Shown here: positions 55,428 through 64,000 of the stretch, in pieces
Layout: each line of letters opens with the position of its first letter
Position numbering within the stretch: position 1 is the first letter of the stretch
Source of the DNA: a virus
Strand: one strand, 5' to 3'
IMG/VR virus record: IMGVR_UViG_3300025000_000065
Location: 1-64,000 of that record
DNA length: 64,000 bases
Translations under genes and position numbers: made by a program
Notes under the pieces: model-generated
Seen by the model: the letters and a program-made list of their open reading frames with translations, nothing else
Told to the model about the DNA's origin: nothing
Databases searched by the model: none

Positions 55428-56954
55428 TTGATAGAACAAAAAGACTTAGAAAACATTCCAAATGAAATAGCGTTAGTTGGAGCATTTTATAAAAATCCAG
55501 AATTATATATTTCATATGGATCATCAATTAAATCAAAGTATGATTTTTCAGGAGAGGTATCAAAATTTTTATACGATTGTTTTGAGCTAATATATCAAAC
55601 CATATCTCAAAAAATAAATGAAACAAAAGTCAATTCGTTTATGATCATGGATGATAAAAGATTACAATTATATAAAAAATATGGGGGATATAAAACAATA
55701 GATGATTGGATGAATTTATCTGATCCAGAAGATTTTGATAATTATTTTGGAATATTAAAAAAATATTCTTTGCTAAGAGAATTTTATAGAAGTGGATATA
55801 ATGTTGAAAAACTTATCACTCATAAAAAATTTGATGTTTGGAGCGCACAAGATATTTTCAAAATGTTGCGATCTAAAGTTGATAAGATTCACACTGTTAT
55901 TCTTTCCAATCAAGAAAGTGTTATCTTAAATGAAAACGCAGAGAAAGACATTAAATCGTATGTAATAAAACCACAAGCAGGATTATCTTATCCCTGGATT
56001 GTTATTGATGAAATGTTTAAAGGAATGAGATTAGGAAAAGCTGTATTAACTGGATTCCTTAGCAATGAAGGAAAAACCAGAAATCTTATTATGCTCATGA
56101 GTTATATAGCATTAGTAAAAAATAAACCCGTTTTAATTATGTCAAATGAAATGGATGATGAAGATTTAAAATCCTGCTTGATTACTACAATTGTAAACAA
56201 TGAATGCTTCCAAGAATTACATGGTGTCAAAATGAAGAAAATGGAAGGGGAAATTGTTTTAGGAAAATATAGAGATCAAAGAGGAGCAATTATTCAAAGA
56301 GAAAAAGATGAAAATGATATCTATACCGAAAGGGAAGAAGACTTCATTAACAGACTAGAAAGAGACTCCGAAGAATACAGAAACATAATAAAAATTGGTC
56401 AATGGATTGATAGCAGAAAAGAAAAACTTATATTTTTCAAAAATGTTGGAACAGATTATTCCGATCAAACACTAGAATTTGAAATTCGAAAACATAAACT
56501 TTTATATGGTGTTGATTATGTTGCCTATGACACTATGAAGGGCTATCGAACAGATGATTGGATGACGGTAAAACAATCATTTACTAAGTTAAAAGAATTG
56601 ATGAGTGAATTGAATATTTGGGGATGGTTTGTATTTCAATTAGCTGACCAGGCAGTTCACATGGATATTTTCGATATGAGTAGTAATGAAATTGCCAATG
56701 CCAAACAGATTAAACATCCTGTAGACCACATGCTATTAGGAAAAAGAATTTATCCCTCAGAATATCATAAATATAAATATATTCCAAACTATCAATGGGG
56801 AGATCCTAGACCAATTCCATTAGACCTTTCTAAAAAATATATGGCTTTAAAAGTTGAAAAAAATAGAAGTGGTAACAAAGCAAATTATCCATTATTTGAA
56901 TATGATTTAGATTATAATACTTGGGACAATGTTGGAAGTTTAGTTAGAGCATAA
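55428..56954 (+). CDS. dnaB: DnaB-like replicative helicase
   Basis: Walker A SNEGKT, SNEM, VAYD, FQL, KNRSG arginine finger. Confidence 0.85.
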   Translation: MIEQKDLENIPNEIALVGAFYKNPELYISYGSSIKSKYDFSGEVSKFLYDCFELIYQTISQKINETKVNSFMIMDDKRLQLYKKYGGYKTIDDWMNLSDPEDFDNYFGILKKYSLLREFYRSGYNVEKLITHKKFDVWSAQDIFKMLRSKVDKIHTVILSNQESVILNENAEKDIKSYVIKPQAGLSYPWIVIDEMFKGMRLGKAVLTGFLSNEGKTRNLIMLMSYIALVKNKPVLIMSNEMDDEDLKSCLITTIVNNECFQELHGVKMKKMEGEIVLGKYRDQRGAIIQREKDENDIYTEREEDFINRLERDSEEYRNIIKIGQWIDSRKEKLIFFKNVGTDYSDQTLEFEIRKHKLLYGVDYVAYDTMKGYRTDDWMTVKQSFTKLKELMSELNIWGWFVFQLADQAVHMDIFDMSSNEIANAKQIKHPVDHMLLGKRIYPSEYHKYKYIPNYQWGDPRPIPLDLSKKYMALKVEKNRSGNKANYPLFEYDLDYNTWDNVGSLVRA

Positions 56955-56955
56955 T

Positions 56956-57975
56956 ATGGATATCAAGGAATTGAAAAAATATATTATCGAAAACGATAAA
57001 GTAGAATATATTTTAGAAAATTTAGATTGCCAAAAAATAAAATTTCATAATTCTGGTTATTGGACTTGTGGTAATCCTCCTCCATCAGATAATCCTAATG
57101 CTGTTACAATATATAAAGATAATTTAAAAGTAATTAATTACACAAAAGATATGTCAGAACCATCAGACATATTTACATTGATTGAATATTATAAGAACAT
57201 AAATTTCTTTGAATCTTTAAAATGGATTTGTGATTTATTAGAAATTGATTTCTATAAAGATTCCAATGAAGAACTACCAAAAGAGTTATTGATCACAAAA
57301 CAATTAATTAGTATGCGAACTGGATCAAAGAGAGAGGATGATGATGATACTCCAATAAAACCACTATCAGAAGAAATAATAAAATATTATCCAGCAATTG
57401 GGAATACAATGTTTTTTGATGATGGAATAGATTATCAGACTCAATATGAATTTGGCTTATCATATGATAATGAAAGTAATCGAATATTAATTCCCGTACA
57501 TTCTGAAATAGGAGATTTGGTATCTTATAAAGGAAGATTGTTTAAATATAAATTAAATAAGGACGAACAAAAATATATTTATTTATATCCTTGTCCTAGA
57601 AATAAACTCTTATTCGGATATAATAAAACACATTTGTATATTAAAAAAGAAAATTGGGTTTGGGTTGGAGAAGCTGAGAAATTTGTGTTACAATTATGGT
57701 CTTACGGTTATTATAATTCTATCGCTACAGGTGGTACAAAAATAGGACAGACACAAATAGATAAAATAAGTAGATTGGGAGTTCCAATTTGTTTTTGTTT
57801 TGATAAAGATATAAAAAAAGAAACTATAGAAAAAATATCTGAAAGGTTTACTGATGGAATTGATATTTATGCTATTTTCGATGAAGATAATTTGTTGAAA
57901 GAAAAAGAATCGCCTAGTGATCAAAAAGAAATTTGGGAATTATTGGTTAAAAATAATGTTTACAAAATAAAATAA
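56956..57975 (+). CDS. dnaG: DNA primase (TOPRIM)
   Basis: RILIPVH, KGR, KYIY, VGEAEK, FDKD, KESP.D. Confidence 0.8.
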   Translation: MDIKELKKYIIENDKVEYILENLDCQKIKFHNSGYWTCGNPPPSDNPNAVTIYKDNLKVINYTKDMSEPSDIFTLIEYYKNINFFESLKWICDLLEIDFYKDSNEELPKELLITKQLISMRTGSKREDDDDTPIKPLSEEIIKYYPAIGNTMFFDDGIDYQTQYEFGLSYDNESNRILIPVHSEIGDLVSYKGRLFKYKLNKDEQKYIYLYPCPRNKLLFGYNKTHLYIKKENWVWVGEAEKFVLQLWSYGYYNSIATGGTKIGQTQIDKISRLGVPICFCFDKDIKKETIEKISERFTDGIDIYAIFDEDNLLKEKESPSDQKEIWELLVKNNVYKIK

Positions 57976-58018
57976 ATATGATAGAATAGAAAAATAAATT
58001 ATTAAAGGAGAAAATTAA

Positions 58019-58717
58019 TTGAAAAAAGAATTCAATAAAGTTTATAACATTGATTTCTTTGAAGGAATGTCTTCTATAAAAAATGATTTTATAGATTTAT
58101 TACTTACAGATCCTCCATATGGAATAAACTTAACTCCTCAAAGACGAAATAGTAAATTTAAAAATACCAAAATAAAAAATGATAATAATTTAGATTGGTT
58201 AGAATCTTTTGTCAATGAATCTTATAGGATTATGAAAAATGCTGGATTTATTTTTTGTAATTGGCAAAAATATGATATTTTCAAACAAGCATTTGAAAAA
58301 AAATTTATTATCAAAAACCTTATAGTTTGGGATAAGATGTGGTTTGGAATGGGAAATAACTTTAGACCCAATCATGAATTTATTATGCTTATATGTAAAA
58401 CAAATATTACAATAAAATCAAATAATTTATCTAATATTTTATCTTTTAGAAGACTTCATCCATCTAAAATGATTCATTCCTGCGAAAAGCCAGTTCCATT
58501 ATTGCAATTATTAATTAATGAAACAACTAACGAAGAAGATATTATTTTAGATCCCTTTGCTGGAAGTGGAAGTTGTCTAGAGGCAAGCTTAAAAACAAAA
58601 AGAAAATTTATTGGATTTGATAATGGCAAAAATGAAAAAACCAATGAACATTGGGCTGATATAGCAAATCAAAGATGTCTTAATGTAAAAATAAAAGGAG
58701 AAACAAATGAATTATAA
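58019..58717 (+). CDS. DNA N6-adenine/N4-cytosine methyltransferase, beta class, orphan
   Basis: TDPPY then H...KP and DPFAGSGS. Confidence 0.9.
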   Translation: MKKEFNKVYNIDFFEGMSSIKNDFIDLLLTDPPYGINLTPQRRNSKFKNTKIKNDNNLDWLESFVNESYRIMKNAGFIFCNWQKYDIFKQAFEKKFIIKNLIVWDKMWFGMGNNFRPNHEFIMLICKTNITIKSNNLSNILSFRRLHPSKMIHSCEKPVPLLQLLINETTNEEDIILDPFAGSGSCLEASLKTKRKFIGFDNGKNEKTNEHWADIANQRCLNVKIKGETNEL

Positions 58718-60428
58718 ATTGCTAAATAAAAATTATAAAGAAGAGTTAGAAAATAAAACAATTAAGGAATTTATTTTATCTAACAGAAATATTGAAAATC
58801 CAAGTATCTATTTATCTCTTACAAAAGACAATGTTCATCATTATTCTTTATTAGAAAATATTGATAAAGCAAAAAATGTCTTGTTAGAAACAATAAAGAA
58901 TAAAGGAAAAATCGGAATTATTGTGGATGTAGATGTAGACGGATTCTCTTCGGCATCTATTCTATATCAATATCTTGCAAGAAATTATGATCAATCAAAA
59001 TTGTCTTATTTTATTCATACTAAAAAACAACATGGTATTTCAGATTTGTTATCTCAAATATTAAAATCAAAAATTAATCTTTTAATTGTTCCAGATGCAG
59101 GAACAAACGACACTAAGGAATGTAAAATTCTTCAAGAAAAAAATATTCAAGTAATTGTATTAGACCATCACCAGGTAGAAGAAGAAAATCCATATGCTAT
59201 TGTTGTAAATAATCAACTTGGAAATTATCCCAATAAATATCTCAGTGGAGCAGGCGTAACTAAAAAATTCCTAGAAAGTTTAGATGATGAATTATGGGAT
59301 GATTCAAGTGACTTTGATGATCTAGTTGCTATATCAATTATTGCAGATTCCATGTCCATATTAGAATATGAAAACCGTTATCTGGTTACAAAGGGTTTAA
59401 AAAATATTAGAAATAAATTTATTCAAGCAATTATAGAAAAACAATCTTATTCAATTGGCAACACAGATAATATCAATGTTAATATAGTTGCATTTTATAT
59501 TTCTCCATTAATCAATGCTTTAATTAGATCGGGTTCTTTAGAAGAAAAAGAATTAATGTTCAGAGCTTTTATTAATGATCCAGAAACTTTTCCATATAAA
59601 AAACGAAGCGGAGAAGAAATTCAGGAAACAATGCAAGAAATGGTTGCCAGATTAGCAACTAATTTAAAAGCCAAACAGAATAGAGAAATTGATAAGTCTT
59701 TAGAATATTTACGTGGATTAATTGATAAGAACGAATGGAATAAAAACAAGATTTTATTTGTTGATGCTGATGGAGTGGATTATAGTTTCACAGGATTAAC
59801 AGCAATGAAACTTGCTTCAGAATATCAAAAGCCTTGTCTATTAATTAGAAAAAATAGGGACAATGTTTTTGCTGGATCTGCGAGAAATTATGGAAATCAA
59901 ATTGAAAACCTTAAAGATTATTTATTGGAAACAGGGTATTTTGAATATGCTCAAGGGCATCCATCGAGTTTCGGATTAGGAATAAAAATTGAAAATATAA
60001 AACCTGCACTAGAAAAATTAAATGAACAATTGAAAGACATTAACTTTGGAGAATTTATTCATTATATTGATTTTGAAATTAGCATAGAAAATTTAAGCGT
60101 TGAAATAATTAAAGATATGAATGAACTTTATGACTATTATGGAAATGGAATTGAAGAAAGTTTAGTGTTAGTAAAAAATATTCCAGTAAATACAACTAAT
60201 ATTGAACTTATGGGAAAAACAGAAGACACATGGAAATTCCTGTATAATAATGAAATTCAATTTATCAAATTTAAAAACAATAAAGATGATGCTATTATGA
60301 AAGCAAGACAAAACGATTGGTCTGGAGCAAATTTAAAAATTAATGCTATCTGTAAATTAAGCATGAACGAATATGGTGGAGTTAGAATTCCTCAATGTAT
60401 TGTTGTTGATTATGAAAGTATAGAATAG
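58707..60428 (+). CDS. recJ: RecJ-like ssDNA exonuclease (DHH family)
   Basis: DVDVDG, HG, PD, LDHH, SGAGV, GSAR, QGH. Confidence 0.9.
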   Translation: MNYKLLNKNYKEELENKTIKEFILSNRNIENPSIYLSLTKDNVHHYSLLENIDKAKNVLLETIKNKGKIGIIVDVDVDGFSSASILYQYLARNYDQSKLSYFIHTKKQHGISDLLSQILKSKINLLIVPDAGTNDTKECKILQEKNIQVIVLDHHQVEEENPYAIVVNNQLGNYPNKYLSGAGVTKKFLESLDDELWDDSSDFDDLVAISIIADSMSILEYENRYLVTKGLKNIRNKFIQAIIEKQSYSIGNTDNINVNIVAFYISPLINALIRSGSLEEKELMFRAFINDPETFPYKKRSGEEIQETMQEMVARLATNLKAKQNREIDKSLEYLRGLIDKNEWNKNKILFVDADGVDYSFTGLTAMKLASEYQKPCLLIRKNRDNVFAGSARNYGNQIENLKDYLLETGYFEYAQGHPSSFGLGIKIENIKPALEKLNEQLKDINFGEFIHYIDFEISIENLSVEIIKDMNELYDYYGNGIEESLVLVKNIPVNTTNIELMGKTEDTWKFLYNNEIQFIKFKNNKDDAIMKARQNDWSGANLKINAICKLSMNEYGGVRIPQCIVVDYESIE

Positions 60429-60435
60429 AATAAAT

Positions 60436-63039
60436 ATGATTACTAATTTTGAAAAAAAATATGTTTATGATATTGAAGTATTTCCTAATTTTTTTTCTTC
60501 CATATTTTTAGATATAGATACTCAAGAAAAAGAAACTTTTATTATATTTCAAAAGAGAAATGATACTAAAGAATTATTCAATTTTTTAAACAGAAATATT
60601 CAAATAATAGGTTATAATAATATTTATTATGATGGTGCTATTTTATATTATATTCTTGAAAACATGGAATTATCAATAGAAGATTTACTAACTAATATAT
60701 TTAGAATATCTAGCAAATTAGTTTCTGATGATTTTAGATTTGATAAAGAGATTAGAGAATTACAATTTCCAGGAAAAGAGTTACCTTATTATCAATTGGA
60801 TTTGATGAAGATACTCGCTTTTGATAAGTTAGGTATAAGTTTAAAGCAAACATCCATTAACTTAAAATGGCATAAGGTACAAGATCTTCCTTTAGAATAT
60901 GATACCCTGATAAAAAAAGAACAAATTAACATTATACTAGATTATAACTTCAATGATGTTTTAATTACTTTCGAGTTATATAAAAAAATATTACCCTTAA
61001 TCAATTTAAGAAAAGATTTAGGAGAAATATTTAAGGTTGATTTAAATAACGCTAGCGATAGCAAAATGGCTAATGTTTTATTAGAAGAGATTTATTCTAA
61101 AGAATTAAATTTAGATATAAATACCATTAAAAATTTACGAACAAAGAGAGATCAATTCATGTTATCTGAATGTATATCAGATAAAATAGAGTTTAAGACA
61201 AATAAATTAAAGAAAATAAAACTAGAAATAGAGAATACTCTTGTTCGTAAAGACACTAATTATAGATATAAAAAGCAAATAGAATTCGCAGGATGTAAAT
61301 ACGAATTAGGTATTGGAGGATTGCATAGTGTAGATGATGCTAGATTGTTTGAAACAGATGATAACTATCTAATACAAGACTGTGATGTTTCTAGTTATTA
61401 TCCTAATATTATATTGAATGAAAAAATTATTCCTGAGCATTTAGATGAAGGATTTCTAAAGGTATTAGACAAAATAACTAAGGAAAGATTAGAAGCTAAA
61501 CACACAGGAGATAAAGTTAAAGCTGATGGTTTAAAAATCACAATCAATTCTATTTTTGGAAAATTAGGAAGTAATACTTTCTGGTTGGAAGATGCTAAAG
61601 CTATGATCAGTGTTACTTTATCTGGTCAATTATATTTATTAAGTTTAATAGAATCTCTAGTTTTAGAAGGAATACCTACCATATCTGCTAATACAGATGG
61701 TATAATTTGTAAAATACCAAAAAATCTAGAAAAAAAATATTATGAAGTATGTAAGCAATGGGAAAAAAGAACAAATTTTGAATTAGAGTACACTCCATAT
61801 TCTTTATATATTAGGTCGGATGTTAATAATTATATTAGCAAAAAGACAGATAATGAAACAAAAGAAAAAGGAAGATATACAAAAGAGATAAGTATTAAAA
61901 AGGGCTATAAATATCCTATTGTTGCTGTAGCAATGTATGAATATTTTATTAATAAAAAACCAATTTTAGAAACGTATAAGGAATCTACTGATATTTTAGA
62001 TTTTTGTATATCTCAAAAAGCTGGGGGAGATTTTCAAGTAGAATTTCATAAAAATGATAATATTGAATTTTTACAAAAAAATAATAGATTTTTTATTAGT
62101 AAAGATGGTGGAAAATTAATAAAAAGAAGAAAGTCAGATAATACTACAATTGGATTATTTGTAGATCAGCTAACTACAGTCATAAATGATTACGATAAAA
62201 ATATATCAATTGATACTTATAATATAGATTATGACTTTTACGTAGAAGAAGCTTACAAATATATTAACGATATTGAACTTAATAAAGATACAAAAATAGA
62301 TTTTTCTATTAATGATATTAGTGAAGACGAAATTAAAATAGAAAAACCTGATCCCGAAATAGAAAAAATATTAAATAAACTAAACAAAATAAAAGGTTTG
62401 AGTACTGGAGTAGTTCAAAATTTGCTAATCATTCATAATAAGTTTAAATCTGGAAGTTTTTTAGACTTATTAGTATTCGCAGAAGACAACTCTTATCTAT
62501 CTACCAAATTTGAAGATCTAATAAAAATAAGATATTTTGAAGAATTTGGAAAAAACAAAAAACTATATGAATTTTATCAAGAATTTACTTCTGGTAAAAA
62601 CAGATATTCCAAAACACACACAGATAAAACAAAAGAAAAAAGGATTTCTGAACTACAAAAAATATGGAATGACATTCCCAATAAAAATTATTCAATTCAA
62701 GAACAAATAAAAAACGAATTAGAAATCTTAAACGAAATTCAAACTAACTTTCCAGTAAACAAAAACTATGCAGTAGCAATAGAATTAGATTTAAAATATT
62801 CTCCAAAAATAGAATTTCAAAATCTCTTGACAGGAGAAAGAAAAACGTTTAAAATAAAGAGTAAGATTTATAATGAATTTTCTATAAATAAAGGTGACAT
62901 TTTATTGTTTAAAAAGGTTATAAAAAAGAATTCTATGACTAAAAACGAAGAAGGTAAATGGGTTCAAATAGAAGATAAATTTGATTTATGGCTAGATGTA
63001 TATTATATTATTAAAGAAAATGATAAATTATCGAAGTAA
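60436..63039 (+). CDS. polB: Family B DNA polymerase with DnaE-like C-terminal extension
   Basis: Exo motifs YDIE, GYN...YD, YNFND; polymerase motifs DVSSYYPN, KITINSIFGK, NTDG; about 220-aa extra C-terminus starting LNKIKGL. Confidence 0.85.
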   Translation: MITNFEKKYVYDIEVFPNFFSSIFLDIDTQEKETFIIFQKRNDTKELFNFLNRNIQIIGYNNIYYDGAILYYILENMELSIEDLLTNIFRISSKLVSDDFRFDKEIRELQFPGKELPYYQLDLMKILAFDKLGISLKQTSINLKWHKVQDLPLEYDTLIKKEQINIILDYNFNDVLITFELYKKILPLINLRKDLGEIFKVDLNNASDSKMANVLLEEIYSKELNLDINTIKNLRTKRDQFMLSECISDKIEFKTNKLKKIKLEIENTLVRKDTNYRYKKQIEFAGCKYELGIGGLHSVDDARLFETDDNYLIQDCDVSSYYPNIILNEKIIPEHLDEGFLKVLDKITKERLEAKHTGDKVKADGLKITINSIFGKLGSNTFWLEDAKAMISVTLSGQLYLLSLIESLVLEGIPTISANTDGIICKIPKNLEKKYYEVCKQWEKRTNFELEYTPYSLYIRSDVNNYISKKTDNETKEKGRYTKEISIKKGYKYPIVAVAMYEYFINKKPILETYKESTDILDFCISQKAGGDFQVEFHKNDNIEFLQKNNRFFISKDGGKLIKRRKSDNTTIGLFVDQLTTVINDYDKNISIDTYNIDYDFYVEEAYKYINDIELNKDTKIDFSINDISEDEIKIEKPDPEIEKILNKLNKIKGLSTGVVQNLLIIHNKFKSGSFLDLLVFAEDNSYLSTKFEDLIKIRYFEEFGKNKKLYEFYQEFTSGKNRYSKTHTDKTKEKRISELQKIWNDIPNKNYSIQEQIKNELEILNEIQTNFPVNKNYAVAIELDLKYSPKIEFQNLLTGERKTFKIKSKIYNEFSINKGDILLFKKVIKKNSMTKNEEGKWVQIEDKFDLWLDVYYIIKENDKLSK

Positions 63040-63065
63040 GACTGATATAGAAACGGAGATAATTC

Positions 63066-64000
63066 TTGAAAGAATTCAAAATAAAACACTACAAGGAAGA
63101 AGAGGATTTATTGTCTGTGATTTACAATAATAAAAAATCGGATTTACCAATAGATTTTGATCAAGTATATGAATTTACAGGATTTTCAACTCATGAAAGA
63201 TTTTATTCTGATGATTCATCATGGGGTGTTTATACTTTTAATTCAGAAATAGAACTGCCTACTTCCATTATTATTAATGATATAAATATTTTTTCTACAA
63301 AAGAAGATGACAAAATTCTATATCAGGTAACTCTACGTGGAAAAATGCAACAATTAGATCCTTTTTCTAATGTTCCATATAAAGTAAAAGCTAAGTTATC
63401 CAATCATTCAAAATGGGGATATGGATTTGAAGTTATCAGTATTTCTCAAGATACTCCAAAAACCGTTGAAGATACTGGACTATTTTTAAAATCAATTTTA
63501 ACAGAAAATCAAACCAATATACTTTTAGAGATTTATCCTGATATTGTAGATATGGTTATAAATAATCCTAATGTTGATTCAGAAATTGATTTGAATAAAC
63601 TCAATGGAATTAAAGAATTTACCTGGAAAATTATAAAAAATAAAATTTTAGATAATTATTTAATGGCAGATGTATTATCACTTTTATCACCATATGGTAT
63701 TTCACAAAAAAGAATTAAACAACTTTTCAATGAAGAGGCAAACCCATATTTATTAAAAGAAAAATTATTGAACGATCCATATATAATTACTGAAATAGAT
63801 GGTATTGGATTTAAAACTGCTGATGCAATTTCATTAAAAATAAATCCAAGTTTATTGATTTCCGAACAAAGAACAAGAGGATTTGTTAAAGATTATTTAA
63901 AAAATATTGGAGAAGAAAGAGGCGATACCTGGATTTATTTAAGTGAATTAGATTCCGCTATTAAAGAAAATGTTCTTGAGACAGAAATATTGTATAACGA
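63066..64000 (+). CDS. recD2: RecD2-like SF1B helicase, N-terminal part (truncated)
   Basis: TTG start after GGAG; HSKWGYGFE, LNGIKE, NDPYIITEIDGIGFKTADAI, GDTW are RecD2 N-terminal features; helicase motifs lie outside the window. Confidence 0.8.
   Translation, partial: MKEFKIKHYKEEEDLLSVIYNNKKSDLPIDFDQVYEFTGFSTHERFYSDDSSWGVYTFNSEIELPTSIIINDINIFSTKEDDKILYQVTLRGKMQQLDPFSNVPYKVKAKLSNHSKWGYGFEVISISQDTPKTVEDTGLFLKSILTENQTNILLEIYPDIVDMVINNPNVDSEIDLNKLNGIKEFTWKIIKNKILDNYLMADVLSLLSPYGISQKRIKQLFNEEANPYLLKEKLLNDPYIITEIDGIGFKTADAISLKINPSLLISEQRTRGFVKDYLKNIGEERGDTWIYLSELDSAIKENVLETEILYN

Noticed and set aside
914-57924. Many antisense or overlapping ORF-track entries (e.g. 914, 3354, 4228, 7506, 25498, 32419, 43982, 44775, 54140, 57694)
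   Set aside because: Shadow frames of well-supported genes, Phe/Ile/Ser-rich and lacking RBSs.
58019-58717. Restriction-modification system
   Set aside because: No endonuclease nearby; an orphan MTase in a phage replication operon is ordinary.
1-64000. tRNA, rRNA, group I/II intron, DGR or retron
   Set aside because: No cloverleaf, rRNA-like sequence, split gene or reverse transcriptase motif recognised by eye; a tRNAscan/Infernal run is needed to exclude small RNAs.

Overview
Very AT-rich 64 kb segment of a large SPbeta-like tailed phage genome; I see no host housekeeping genes, rRNA, tRNA or CRISPR. 1-6.8 kb (minus strand): tail/virion-type genes, a secreted GH128-like hydrolase with a Chloroflexi-type FIPLV motif, an HU-like protein and a YonO-type single-subunit RNA polymerase (DFDGD). 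7-9.8 kb: HTH initiator-like gene, five 23-bp-spaced iterons and a 1.2 kb strand-asymmetric non-coding region. 9.8-35 kb: divergent early region of about 70 small unknown ORFs with sigma70-type promoters, an RNA ligase, a GC-richer imported block and a secreted-peptide gene. 35-50.5 kb: sugar-modification cluster (RmlB, GalE, about 6 glycosyltransferases, O-methyltransferase, GmhA, HddA) with an intact tyrosine recombinase in the middle. 50.5-64 kb: ThyX and a replication operon (SSB-like, intein-containing AAA ATPase, DnaB, primase, MTase, RecJ, PolB, RecD2). Most unusual signals: (1) about 26 copies of the palindrome AATAAAA-N6-TTTTATT at gene boundaries, several bracketing single genes, a candidate cassette/recombination or repressor system linked to the tyrosine recombinase; (2) a polar ATAACAG motif repeated about 30 times only in the early region; (3) a PolB that appears to keep a DnaE-type C-terminal domain; (4) a phage heptose/glycosylation pathway; (5) a small secreted peptide. 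All family calls come from motif recognition by eye, and counts are manual.
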